Positions 26,101 to 39,559 of a stretch of 64,000 bases of DNA are shown here, piece after piece (positions within the stretch are counted from its first letter, which is position 1; the number at the start of each line of letters is the position of its first letter). Below the pieces are notes generated by a model. The model did no database searches. It was not told the DNA's origin and worked only from the letters and a program-made list of their open reading frames with translations. The stretch comes from Callorhinchus milii (taxonomy: Eukaryota): positions 78,060,001 through 78,124,000 of the forward strand of contig NW_024704743.1 of the NCBI RefSeq assembly GCF_018977255.1. Direction: 5' to 3'. The translations under genes were made by a program, and so were the position numbers.

Positions 26101-29096
26101 ACTTGCACCAGAAACCGACTCTATAAAGTAAGTTTCCTGGGTTTTTTTTCCTCGCGAGTGGCCAGCTATTCAGTAGCTGATTGTGGTAAATTAGAGAATG
26201 AAGCAGTGAGTAAAAGTGAGTGCTTCATTTAACAATACATTTCTTCCTATACCTTAATTAAGTTTAAATGAACAGTTGGGAATTATCTTATTGAAGATTT
26301 CAAGAAGACTCGTTTCTGGTAATTTAGCACCTTCACTGCTACATTGGCTGCTGCCCCAGTTTTCCATTCCACTAGACAGATGCACTTTTTTTTAAATCCT
26401 AGTTTATATTGGAAATAACATGAAAATCATCAATGTACAGCTCCAATTGCGATCATCATCTTGCCAATCATCATCAGACTCTTCAATTTATTAAACCGTC
26501 TAAATCACTTTAAAACAAACTACCTGATATAAATGGCCCTGTGAATGATGTGTGCAGCCCATTATAAGTGCACCCCGCCAAAGACTGGTAAATTGATCAA
26601 GTGGAGAACAATATGGGCTTGCTGGCAAGGTCAGTAAATCTACTGAGAAGTGGAGAATAATGGAATTTTTCCATTATAAACACACATTGCCAATGTCGGT
26701 AAATTTACTGACAAGTGAAAAAAAAACTTGCAGTCAACATTTGTCAAAGTTCATTCTGTGACTCCCATAAAGGCTTGAATCTTTGCCCTTTCTATAAGTG
26801 CTTCTTTCATGTGTCAGGAAGGTTACCCATACACAATAACATTACAGTTATTCACCAGAAGAGGGGATTATTTTGGAGAAATGACTGAATAAAATTCCTT
26901 TGTGAATCTATCCAGCCATAGAGTTTTACCTTAACTGTTTTCCTTAATTATCATCTGCCATTTTTCTGAGACTACTTCCTTAATTGTCAAGCAGTTTTTC
27001 TAACATCTCTTTTTTATTCATTGAACATATTTGCACAAAACCAAATCTGCATGTTTGTTAAGCATGATATACTGTATCTACATTTTTACAATATTCCTAA
27101 TATTCTCTATGGGATCAAACAACGCTATTGTTCAGCACTCAGAGATGCTATCCTGCATGAAGAGCGAGCGCTACATAAATTCAAGTTGTCGTTGTATTAA
27201 AGTCCTTTGGGTTAGCCAAACCTTCTCGTTGTTTTCTTGAGTAATAAAGCACGTAACATGCAGCTTTCAAATTCCTCGCCTGATGTTCAAGTAATGTTTC
27301 TGCTTTAACTCGGTTCCCCAGGTCATTACTTTCTCCACGTCAGAATAATAATAATAGAGATGTCTGTTTTGTCTGAAGCCAAAGTATTGAGCCACCACAA
27401 GTTTAAGACAGTCTCTAATCTGGATAAGCCATGTTTTTCCATAGTTAAACCAAACCAACTTTTTTGATTCCTTAGGATCGCATTAGCTGCTTGGTCACAA
27501 TAACAAATAGAAAGATCTCAGTTATAATAAAATAATAATCCTTGTTTTGATATAGCGCATTTCAAGTCTTCTCGACGTCTCAAAGCGTTTCACAGAATAT
27601 ACTGTAAAGTGAATTGACTGTATATTTGTGGGCAAAACACGGCAGCCAATTGCACATAGCAGTGTCCCACAAACAGTCGTGGATTGAGTGACCAAATTCT
27701 TATTTTATTTCATTTTATTTTATTTCTTGAGGGATTATTTCAGTTGAAGTACATGTTATTTTCCAGGAGTTGTTCGATTTCTAAATTTGTTCTTTAAGGC
27801 ACTGTTCGAAAAGACTGGGAGTTTCTTCCAATGTCCTGACCAACAATCTCCCAGATAAAATTAATCATTCATTTCATGGCTGTTTGTGGGACATTGTAAA
27901 TTGGTTTATGTGTTTACCTACAAAATATATAGTTTCTATGCTTTGCAGTAAATACATTGAAACTCTTTCAGATGTCTTAGTGAAAGAACTTATTCCTATA
28001 GGATGATCCAATCCCAACATATCTACAATATCCTCCCTCCTGATAAAGTTGTCCATCTACATTGTCCTTTCCCCCGATAACATTGACTCAGCAGCCGTAG
28101 TTCTTCTTCAATTTATTGATACAATAGTGATTATATTAAAAATCATTTCCAGTGGCTGCGATGGGAATTAACATTGCTATACTATTTCCTGAGGCTAAAT
28201 TTGGAGCATTGCCTGATTTAATGCCTACTTCTTTTTAATTTTACAATGTCAATTCTTCCTTCTGTATCTCAATATGCACAAAGAATTATTCCCCGAAGGA
28301 CTCTCTGAATTAAAATCCCCCATTTACTTTTCTGAGGTAAATAAAGATGAGATAACCTGATCTTTTTAGCCTCGATTAAAGGTGTTAACTACATAATGCA
28401 ATAACTGTCTTCATCTGATTTAGATACATCAGTTTCTGAATGTATTATAGAGCTATTCACTGTATAAATGCTCCTCGAACAAGACACATTTTTCATCAAA
28501 CTGGATATCTGCATTAAAATACATATAGTAATTTTTCAATATAGTTTAAACTTTGCTCACTTTGGATCACTCCTTCTGCGTTAGTTTGGTTCAGTTGTTA
28601 GCACTTTGATTACTGGGTTAGAAGGTTGTAGGTTCAAACCTCATATACTTGAGCTTGGCCTAGACTGACATTCCAATAAAGGCCGGGGGAGCACTACATT
28701 GTTAGAGGTGCTGTAAAGGATAACAAATTAAACCAGAGTCCTCTCTGCCTGTTCAGGTGCACATTAAAGATCTCATAACATTAATTAGACAAGAGTTTCT
28801 CTCGATGTGATGGCCGTCAACCCTCCAGATTGATATTCCATATTAGATATTCACTTCATGACTGAGCTCAAGTACATGTAAGCAGGTCAGAGAGATAGGA
28901 GGGTGCCAGATCTCTTACTTATATTCATAAATGGTTACTGTGTTTGCCTAAAAAANGTCACTAGGTTTTACAGTAATTACTTGTGGAGTACTTAGAGGTG
29001 TTTCAATGTGATAAGATGTGTAAAAATGCAATTTCTTTCTTAACCTATAATATAATAAAATATCTTTAAAATCCTTATACTGCTATAGTGCCTTTT

Positions 29097-29407
29097 AATA
29101 ATAATAATAATCCTTGCATTTGATATAGCAGATCTCATGTCTTCTAGACTCTCAAAGCCCTTCACAGTATATACTGTAAAGTGAATTGACTATATTTGTG
29201 GGCACAAGACGGCAGCCAATTGCACACAGCAGTGTCCCACAAATAGTCATGGATTGAAATGACCAATTTATTATTTTTTTTTCTTGAGGGATTATTATCA
29301 GGCATGTGGAGTAAGGAAACTTGCCCAAGGTTTTGCCATGCCAGGAATCGATCCCAGGTCTCTCGCTTGCGAGGCGAGTGCTCTAACCACTGAGCTACAG
29401 GGCTCCA
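29097..29407 (-). mobile_element. Same SINE family, internally deleted, nested in an older SINE tail
   Basis: The reverse complement begins tggagccctgtagctcagtggttagagcactcgcctcgcaagcgagagacctggg. Flanking CTTTT at 29092-29096 and 29408-29412. Confidence 0.88.
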
Positions 29408-29495
29408 CTTTTCACATTGAGAGTACTCAAATCGTTTCATAGGATATACTGTAAAGTGGAGTGACTGTGTATCTTGTAGGCACACATAACCTGCC

Positions 29496-30628
29496 CAGTG
29501 GCAGTTTGGATTAAGAACTGGCTGAGTGACAGAAAGCAGAGGGTGGTGGTTAATGGGTGTTTCTCGAAATGGAAGGAGGTGTGCAGCGGTGTCCCCCAGG
29601 GATCAGTATTGGGACCACTGCTCTTTCTAATATATATTAATGATCTGGACTTGGGCATAGAGAGCACTATTTCCAAGTTTGCAGATGATACAAAGTTAGG
29701 TAGGGTAGTAAATAGTGAGGAGGACTGTAACCAACTGCAAGCAGACATACACAGAATGGTGGAATGGGCTGACATGTGGCAGATGGATTTCAATGTGGAT
29801 AAGTGTGAGGTGATACACTTAGGTAGGAAAAATGATAGGAGGCAATATAGACTTGGTAGCTCAATCTTAAGGGGGTGAACGTACAGAGAGATCTGGGTGT
29901 TCAAGTAAGCGAATCATTAAAGGTAGTGGGGCAGGTAGATAAGGCAGTAAAAAAGGCATTTGGTGTACTGAGCTTTATTAGTAGGGGCATAGAGTATAAG
30001 AGTAGGGAGGTTATGGTTAATCTATACAAAACACTGGTTAGGCCTCAGCTGGAGTACTGCGTCCAGTTCTGGGCACCTTACTTCAGGAAGGACATTAAGG
30101 CACTGGAAAGGGTGCAGAGGAGATTCACGAGAATGATACCAGGAATGGGGAACCTTAGCTATGAGGACAGGCTGGAGAAGTTAGGACTTTTCCCATTAGA
30201 GCAGAGAAGGTTACGCGGGGACCTGATAGAGGTCTTCAAGATCATGAAAGGTTTCGACAGGCTAGATAGGGAAAAGCTGTTTCCGCTGGTAGGTGTGTCT
30301 GTGACCCGTGGTCACAGTCTTAAGATATCTACCAAAAGAAGCAGAGGGGAGGTTAGAAGAAATTTTTTCACTCAGCGAGTTGTTCGAATTTGGAATGATC
30401 TGCCCGAAAGGGTAGTGAAGTCCGATTCGATAACAGCTTTTAAGAGAGAACTGGATAGGTATCTGGGGAAGACGGGTTTGCAGGGTTATGGGGAGAAAGC
30501 TGGTGATTGGGGTTAGTGAAAGTGACTTGCTCTGTCAAAGAGCCGGCACAGACTCGATGGGCCAAATGGCCTCCTTCTGTGCCGTAACATTCTTTGAATC
30601 TATAACATTCTATGAATCTATGAATCTA
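29496..30628 (+). mobile_element. CR1-clade LINE, 5'-truncated (RT C-terminal part, 3' UTR, microsatellite tail)
   Basis: ORFs 29498-29878 and 29875-30516 contain [33 protein letters not shown] and RRLRGDLIEVFKI, with one frameshift near 29875. The tail is (TCTATGAA)-like. Confidence 0.95.
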
Positions 30629-31279
30629 AACTTCATCTAAATGTATTTAAATTTCTTACTATATCATCTTCAATTATTTTTCTCATAATCAGCTTGAGAT
30701 TTGGCAATTTTTCATTCAAGCTCAGACCTGGCCTTAAGGTACAATGTAGGAGGTATTGTAATAAAGCGATCTTCTTGCTCTTTTCCTGCACCCATCCTCA
30801 TGGGATTGGAAGATTGTGAATTAAAGCCTCATGTTAGGCTTTTGAGCTCATAATCTAGGTTGATACTGCAAAGCAGTGCTAAGATTGTCAGATGCCATTC
30901 TTCAGAAGAGACTTTAAACCAAGGTCCTATCTGCTTGTTCAAGGTCCTGTGGCATCCTTCTAAAAGAGAAGAGAGTTTCTCCGGTGTCCTATATGACAAT
31001 CCTCCAAATAAAATTAATTTCATGGCTGCCTGTGGGACATTGATGTGTGCAAATTGGTTGCATCATTTGCCTACAAAATACACAGACAATATACTTTACA
31101 GAAACTTTGTGAAGTCCCTTGTGATGTTCTCAATGTTATAGACACTATATCAAGTGCAAATGTTATTATTATTGTAGTCAGAACCAGCTCTTGCTTCGAA
31201 GGCATCAAGAAGAGGTATCACCAAATGTTTGTTTTATGTGGTCAAGAAAACCTATTAGATAGTCTGTGACCCATGTGAC

Positions 31280-31640
31280 AGCAATTTCCCTTGATGTGGG
31301 AAAAAAACGTTCAGCAGAGTGCAAGAGCCCTGTCTGATCTGTGTCCTGTGGCACTTTGGTCTGGAAAGTGATTACATCATATTAATCTGTACTCACGATT
31401 TCACACCTATGGCATCAACGGTAATGGGCTGCTCCCTCTCAAAAACCTCTCTGCCTATTTTCATGTTGGCCCTGAAGCATTTGAAAGTCTAAATCAGATA
31501 ACGTTTGTAGCCAAGGGAGTATGCTTCAATGTCAAAGGGCATAAGATCTCCCTGTGCGGCAATGACGTTCTGCTCCATGCTCAGGCTGCAATTTGTGTGT
31601 GGTATCTGGAGGACAATATTTCAAGGTACCCAAGTATGAA
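31280..31640 (+). mobile_element. Highly decayed L1/Tx1-type RT remnant
   Basis: Degenerate motifs in the expected order: ISLD..K.F.RV (aatttcccttgatgtgggaaaaaaacgttcagcagagtg), an LSP.LF.LALE-like segment, and KGHKISLCGNDVLL (compare HKISLYADD.LL). Confidence 0.55.
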
Positions 31641-34600
31641 GCTGCCCAATTGCTCTTTCATATTTCCAGATCCTTCTCTTTCATGACAGCCTGTTACCTT
31701 GACAAGCACCTCAGTCATGATGCGGACCTTTTTCCCTCATGACAGGGCAGGAGGTAGATTCCAGCTTAAGCTCTTTTCTCCAGACGTCCTCCCGACATGA
31801 AAGCCCCTCTACAAATGTAATTTTATTGTTGTTGTTTTGTGACCCCGCTTTAGCTATGATATCATTGATAATCAAAAGAGTTCTCCAATGAGGTACACCT
31901 TTAAGAGTTCTAATGAAATAATAGTGGAGTGGGGGCAGGAATGGAGTGATGTGCTTAGGTGAGCGGACAGTCTAGATTGGTGCTCCAAAGCAGTGCTGAG
32001 GAAACACCACATTGTAGGAAGTTTTTATGAATACCTGTCATTCAGGTGGATATTCAAAGTGTCCTTTCTTGGTGAGTGTTGTTCTGCTCTGTGTAATCAA
32101 TGTACCAAATGTACTAATGTGTGCTCAGCTTTTCTCTAATCACTAAGTTTAGTACATCGGTGACCGTGTGCTCAAAAATGACTGCAATGCCTTGATGGCT
32201 ATTTATATACGATTTCATTTTATATAGTAAATCAATGTATTTGTTTTTAATTTAAAATCTCTTCATAACTATTTACAAATTTGCTAAACTTATTGAATGG
32301 GGCCTTATCCCATCGAAAAGTCCCAAAGTGCTTGACAGACTTTCTCTGTAAAGTGTAGTGACTGTGAATTTGCAATACAGCCAAAAGCCAATACATGGTA
32401 GAAAGGGGCTGGAAAGGGGAAAGTGCATCCCTGTGATTACCAGAAGCCGAGCGTGCGTGTTGCAAGTGAAAGTTAAAAGATTACTTCAAATAATCTATTC
32501 TGCATGCAGGTCTGGGTCACTCCCGCAGTCACAGGGGAGATCTGATGTGCTGTGACAGACAGTGCTGAGTAATTGCTCTAATTATTTGTCTATCCACCAC
32601 ATCAGCCGGAGAAGGACGATGTCGTAACTGCCTTCAGAGGGCAAATCAGCCCCTCAACCTGACATCTATGACAGCGACACATTCATTTTAATGGAAGGTT
32701 ATTTAGAGTTGCTGGCATTCAACAGGGAAGGAAGGTACACCCAGGAGTGCAACAATCCTCAGGAAGTTGCACGAGGATAAGGACCTCATTAGAGTGTCTG
32801 CGATTGTTGACTTGCTGCTGCAATAAGCTGGTGGAAAATGACAAGTGCATAGCATGTGAGGAGCTGGGTGACACTTTGTATTTTTTTGTTATTCCTCACT
32901 TGGAGAAGGATGGGATCACAGTTCAGTATCAATATATCACTGCATTATTACAAATGACTTGTTTTTTTAATATAGTTTGTCTGAAACTCATTGTTAACTG
33001 TAACTGTACAATAGTCCATATCAGAACCTTTATCAATTCAGAATGAAAGGTTCTTAATGAGAGTGGAAAGAGTGAGTGAGCAACATGCCTTTCTTACCCT
33101 AGCTATCTCAAGTAAAGGTACAATGTCATTAGCAATTTTGGTTTCATCGGATGGGTATTTAAAATCGTGGTAATGTCGATGTCCATGGTTACTTTGACAA
33201 GAAGAATTTGGGCAGTTTTAACAATCCAGGAGGTGATTCGTTGCTTAGAACTAAAAGGTTAGGACTGAGGTCTGGAAGCAGTTCTGCAGACAGAGGGCAG
33301 TGAAGATGTGCAATGATTTGCCCCCCAAATCTGTAGGAGAGGAATCAACAGAGATGTTTAAACAAGGAACAGACAGATACTTGGTTAGTAGAGATATAAA
33401 GGGTATGGTGCACAGGACGAATATTTCTATTAAAAGATCTGCAAGATCTAAAAAATGGTGGAACAGGCTCAATGGGCTGAATGGCTTCCTCATGTTCCTA
33501 TGTTACAACAACAATAACATATAACACCCTCCAAGCCGGACGGCATCTCAGAGCACTTCATAGTAACGGATCCTGGGGCCGAGCCAGGGGGAGGGGGAAG
33601 AAGGTGACCAAAGGGACGGTCAAAAAGAAAGGTCTTCAGCCGAGACCTGAAAACAATGTTACATTGTTTGAAGTACCATCTTTCAGATAAGATGTTAACC
33701 TGAGGCCCCAACTACCATTTCAGCAGATGTTAAAGATCCCATGGCACTATTCGAAAAGAGAAGGGGGTTTCTCTCGGTGCCAACAATCCCCCAAATATAA
33801 TAGGTCATTAACTTCATGGCTGTTTGTGGGACATCGCTATGTGCAATTGGACTGCCACGTTCCCATACAAAAACACAGTCACTCCACTTCAGAATAATCC
33901 TCTGAAGCTTTTTGGGATGTCCTCCTGACATGAAAGGTGCTATATCATATGCAAGGATTAATAGTATTACTTTATAGAGTTATTAACCACCAGCTGACAG
34001 TGTTTTGCATTAAAATGTACAATTTTGTCAGAATTTCCCGGTTACTTTTACCTTGTAGACACTTCAATAAAAACTACAGCATAGGTCACTGCAAAAGCAT
34101 AGGCATTTCATTATGTACATGGATGTTTCTCTGAGGGAAAAAAAACCTGGGTGAAGTGAAGCCCTGTTATTGTCATCTCATACTTACTGTCACTCTTCTG
34201 GATGATAAATTGAACATGACAATAAGAGTAATCAGCTGTACTTGTACATAGGCTGATGTAACATCAGCTGCTGATCCTCACTGTTGTTCAGGAGCAAATA
34301 TTATGCAGCAGCTTATGCTACAAAGGGGATATCCCTTTGCTATCAAAGTGAAGCAAGATTTTATTCCAATTCAATTTGGATGCAGTTCAAATCCCGTTAG
34401 AGGGTTTGGTAAGTAATCTGACAATGTTATCTCATGATAAATAGTTTAGAAAACATAAACTTGACTTTAGTGTCTACAATTACCACTGAGATTTCATGCC
34501 TGAAGCCTACTGCTGCTCCAAGCCCCTAAGCTTGCTACATCAACAAGAACTAATGCTAGCAACCATTAAAGAAACATATTCAAGTGTATTTGTGCTTTAA

Positions 34601-34691
34601 TGGCTCTTATTCAACTGCACTGTGTTATGCTTTACACTGTACATGGAGATGCTGTACTTATAAGATGAGAGGACAGTTAAAAAGCCAGACT

Positions 34692-35130
34692 GTGTCAGCT
34701 TGGCTCATTTGTTAGCATTTTCACCTCTGAGTCAGAAGGTTGTGGATTCAAGACCCACCATAAGCGTGGGAACTAGGGGTGCTGGGGTGTGGCAGCACTG
34801 CTTAAGCTGACACTCCAATACATTGCTGGGGGTGTGCTGCATTGTTGGAGGTGCCTTTAGATGTGACATTAAACCAAGATCCAATTGGCCTATCCAAGTG
34901 GGCATTAAACATCCCATGGCACTATTCAAAAAGAGAAGGGAGTTTATCCCGGGATCCTGGCCAACAATCTCCCATATAAAGTTGGTCACTCACTCCATGG
35001 CTGTTTGTGGGATTTTGCTGTACGCAAATTGGCTGCTGCTTTTCACCCACAAATTACATACAATCATATCACTTTACAGTATATCCCGTAGAGCACTTTG
35101 AGAGATCTCAGTGATATGATAAGATGTTAT
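34692..35130 (+). mobile_element. DeuSINE-type (SacSINE1-like) tRNA-derived SINE
   Basis: Head gtgtcagcttggctca...cctctgagtcagaaggttgtggattcaag, central Deu-like domain ggaggtgcc...aaacc...atcccatggcactattc, and the shared L2-type tail. Confidence 0.8.
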
Positions 35131-35500
35131 GTAGAGCGTTGTAGCTCAGTGGTTAGAGCACTCGCCTCGCAAGTGAGAGACCTGGGTTTGATTCTCGACA
35201 GGGCGAAATGATGAGCCAGTTTCCTTACTCCACACACCTCTGTTTACCTAGCAATAAATATGAACCCAGTTGTTGGTCGATTGGTGGATTGCTTTTCTGG
35301 GGTTAATAATTCCTTTCAAAAGAAATAATAAATTGATCACTTCAATCCATGACTATTTGAGGGACACTGCTGTGCGCAATTGGCTACCGTGTGTTGCCCA
35401 CCAATATACAGTCAATTCACTTTACAGTATATTCTGTGAAGGGCTTTGAGACGTGTTGAAGATGTGATTAGGCACGATATCAAATGCAAGGATTATTATT
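35131..35500 (+). mobile_element. Full-length tRNA(Ala-like)-derived SINE
   Basis: A box TAGCTCAGTGG, B-box-like GGTTTGATTC, unique middle, shared 3' part gtgaagcgctttgagacgt...atcaaatgcaaggattattatt. Resembles the abundant elephant-shark SINE2 family (from recall). Confidence 0.9.
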
Positions 35501-35510
35501 AATATATCCT

Positions 35511-35882
35511 GTAGAGTCCTGTAGCTCAGTGGTTAGAGCACTCGCTTCGCAAGCAAGAGACTTGGTTTGATTCCCGGCAGGGTGAAATGTTGGACAAGTT
35601 TCCTAACTCCACATGCTTCTGTTTACCTAGCAGTAAATAGGAACCAGGTTGTTAGTCGATTGTCGGATTGCTTTTCCAGGGATAATAATTCCTTCAAAAA
35701 AATAATAATAATACTGAATTTGTCACTTCAATCCACGACTGTTTGTGGGACACTGCTGTGCGCAATTGGCTGCTGCATTTCGTTCACAAATATACAGTCA
35801 ATTTACTTTACACTATATTCTGTGAAGCGCTTTAAGACATCTAGAAGACGTGATAAAGTGCTATATCAAATGCAAGGATTAA
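35511..35882 (+). mobile_element. Second full-length copy of the same SINE, in tandem
   Basis: Aligns end to end with 35131-35500. Confidence 0.9.
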
Positions 35883-38800
35883 TATATATATATATAGTGC
35901 AAAGATTATTATGAGGTGACAGTTCTGTGAAATTGGAATATTTTTATTCCTCTCTGCACTCCAGTATCAGTCTAAAGACCTCCCAGAAAAGGCAATGCTC
36001 AAGACCAAGCCTTTTTGGCTGATGTAATCAAACTAAAGTCAGAGCAGGGTAGTATCATTTTACTATATTTAGACTGTACATTCAACATGTATCAACCTTT
36101 GAAAAGATGGAAATTGACAGAGTTATGAAATTATAATAGGCATTATTCTGGAGGTGGAGGAATACAAACTTAATGATGCAAGGTTTAAGCTCAGCTAAGG
36201 GTAAAACTGAACATTGAGGTTATGCACTGACTCATTCAGCTTATGTAAGCAAACAGGGAGGTTGATAGAATAAGAGTCAAAGGCACATAGGTGCTGGCAA
36301 GAACCAAGCAAAATAGCTTCATTTTGTTTTGTTCAGCCAGGTATTGTTCAGAGGCAGAAAGTTAACACTCATCCAGGACTTGATGTCAGGTAGGCAGTTA
36401 GTCAGGACAACAACAACTTGCATTTATTTAGCACACTTCATACAGTGTAGCATCTCGGAGCACTTAAACAGCAACAGTGGAGTGATGGATGGTAATGGAG
36501 ATTTGACTGACCATCGCAAAGATTTCGTAAGTCACACAATATGTTTAAAAAATTATTATAGATTGTTATTTACATCATAAGCAGCTTCAAGCATGTATAA
36601 CACTAAAACATGCACGACAACCCTCGAGCTGAAATACCATGTTCTTTTCTTGATGTGGAAAACAGCACCAATGATATCCCAGCCTCTGCCAAATCACAGC
36701 AGCTATGTAAATTGGCAGTGCAGTTCCATAACGGGAATAAAATGATCCCTGTGATAGTTCATCTCTTTCACCTTTGTTATATCGTTCGCCATTTAATCTC
36801 TTTTCATTCAATCATTTGAGAGACCTTTATTTGAACCCATGAATAATAACTTAATATTGACAATAATTGCTGTTGATAACCAAGTGATTGTTTGGGGAAG
36901 TTAGGGTGAGGGTTTGAGATTAATCACAGCAGATGAAAGATATATTTGTGTGCAATGAGTAGTGATAGAGCCAGGATGGCAGGCAGCAGGGAGTCAGGCA
37001 AAACAAATTGTGTTTGTAAACTTTTAGCATTTTTTAACGGAAATCTGCCTTTTGTTTTTTCCCATAGAAATATACAAATAAAACTAATATGTGTCAGAGT
37101 ATCTTTGACTTCAGCTCCTCCCAACACATACACACAGACACTGAAGAAAATTAGAAACAGAAAATACTTGATAGTGATGTCAAAAGTATATGGTGTGTGT
37201 GAAGACAATGTACTTTGACTTCAAGTCTCCAAAGAAAATAAAAATTAACATCAATGACTTCAGACTCTGACTGTATTTTGATCCAAGCTAGACAGTGGCT
37301 TTGTGCTGCTTCACATAGGCTGTTTGTCAAAATACCATATACTATTTATTAACTTAATGAAGAAAGATGATGGCCCTGCCATGCAGTCTTATGCTATTAT
37401 AGCACAACATTGCAGAAATACTGGAGAACAGCGGCTGTGCTGATTTTGAAGAAAGCTCTGAAAACTAGAATGCAGAAGCAATTGTTTCATTTGAAGTAAT
37501 GTAGCATGCATTTTGTTTTCCATAGTTTAGGCAAAAATAATTCATGTAAGGCAAACAAGATCGGGAAATGATCACTTGGAGCAATTACAGTCAGGAACAT
37601 CTCAAATATACTTACTGAACAACTGAGTACTGTTTAAAGGCACCATACGCATTGCTATTCAATTCTGTGTAATATGCTAAAATTCTCACTCTAAAATAAT
37701 TATGATTTTTACTATGGGATAATAGAGAGTTTTGGAATATAATATTTGGTCATTTTGTAGAAAATGCTTTTCGACTAATCCCTGACAGGTGATGTAAGGG
37801 GGCTGGCCACTGTTATCAGTCAGTGATATCAGCAAGAAACAAACCAAAGGTTATTGCCCTCTAACATCCAATAGTAGAGGCTTTGACCCCTGACATTATG
37901 CAGCAGAATGCAGTAGTTCATTTTTGTGGGCATAATAAACCTATGCTACCATTTCCAACTACCTTGGCTAAAGCATCTATTGCATTTGAATGTTGTGAAG
38001 TTATTGTTAAAATCCCTGACCAGTATAAATAGCTGTAAATGAAAGCAAACTGCATGAGAAAAAAAAGAGTATCTGATAAGGAAATGAAAGAATGCGTTTG
38101 TAAAGTTGTGATAAAGGAGTATTAGAAAGGCTAAGTCTATTCATCTGCTGCTGGTGTAGAAGGGCTGTTCGCCTGGCCCTGAGGCATCAAACCTTGTGTC
38201 CTCTGCACTGCAGTGTTCAGCACCAGTGTCAAAGGGCAGCGGGAATCACCAGCACTTTTGTGAAAATCGGGAACTGAAAACTAACACTTCATACAACGAG
38301 GAACAACAGTTTAATTCAAAGATCTGGGAAATGGAGATGGCGCACAGGGAAAACTGCGGGTGTCACAGTGTGACTGACTACTATGCTGAGTCTTAGAAAT
38401 AAAATAAAGTATCTTCTCATTTGACATAGCACTTATAATGTCACAAAGAGCTTCAGAGTAAATTGCTATGTGACTGTACATTTATGGGCAAACACAACAG
38501 CAAAGTTGGACACAGTAGTGTCCCACAAACAGCCCATGAAGCGAATGATCAATTTTAATCTGGGAGATTGTTGGCCAGGAAAACTCTGTTTCTCAACAGT
38601 TCTGTGGAATCTTTAACATCTACCTGAACAGGTTGACAGAACCTTGGTTTACCTTCTCATCTAAAGGATGACAACTTGAACAATCCAGCACTCCCCAGCA
38701 TTGCCCTGTCTATCTCGACTGTGAGCACAAAGTCCCAATGTGGGCTTGAGCCAGAACCTACTAACCCTGAGTTTTACAAACTGAGCCAAGCTGACACCTT

Positions 38801-39559
38801 ATATTATAATGAACCTTTTAATGAATTATAGCTTTATTAGCACCATGTTCAGGTCATAACAAGGGCCAGGGGCTCAAATCTGCTGCCACCTCAGTGACAT
38901 CCCCAAACACTTGTACACAATCCTATATACAATCCTATGAAAATGTACTCATTGTACTCAATCCTACATAACATAGTAAAGATATCAATACAAAAAACTA
39001 CAGAGTATTAGCATAGAATGTTTCACTATATCCTTCAGCTGAGTTGTTAAAATTGGCCATCTGATATCATGTGGTAGAAAATGCTTTTTAACCCTTCCCA
39101 CCCAGTTAGTGTCAGTGCTGCTATCAGTCAGTGTCATCGGCAAGTAACCAGACTAAAGCCAATGGAAGGTCATTGGGTCCTTTGGCACAAAGCTGTTGTG
39201 CCCTTGAGAAAAAGCAGCAATATATCTTTTTATTTAAATGACTGAAGAAGGTGAATTGGCTTTCCGGACTGACTGATCCTTGCTATGATCAGAATTAAAA
39301 GTGACGATCTGTTTTGCAGTGGGCGTGATGTCACCTGACATTGGATACACACACACTATTGAATTGATCGGCTGAACTGTGACCTCTCCATCTGGCCCAA
39401 ATGAGCGCTCGCATTATGAGATCAGGCAGCCATGAATGTAGCCATATTTTTTCCAGTCCTAAATCATAATGTGAGCGATGTGATCAATGTAACTATCTCA
39501 TTAATCAACTAACCATGCTCAGTTGATAGTGACTTACGGGAATATTGGTTCTCCATAGC

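Noticed and set aside
28956..28956. Single N base
   Set aside because: Assembly ambiguity with no biological meaning.
29498..30516. RT ORFs as a host or domesticated gene
   Set aside because: 5'-truncated and frameshifted, with a typical CR1 3' UTR and tail.
35131..35207. tRNA-Ala-like cloverleaf with A and B boxes (also at 35511, 29335-29407, 42215-42291 and 63421)
   Set aside because: These are SINE heads: each continues into the SINE body and tail, the copies differ from each other, and the acceptor stem is not intact.
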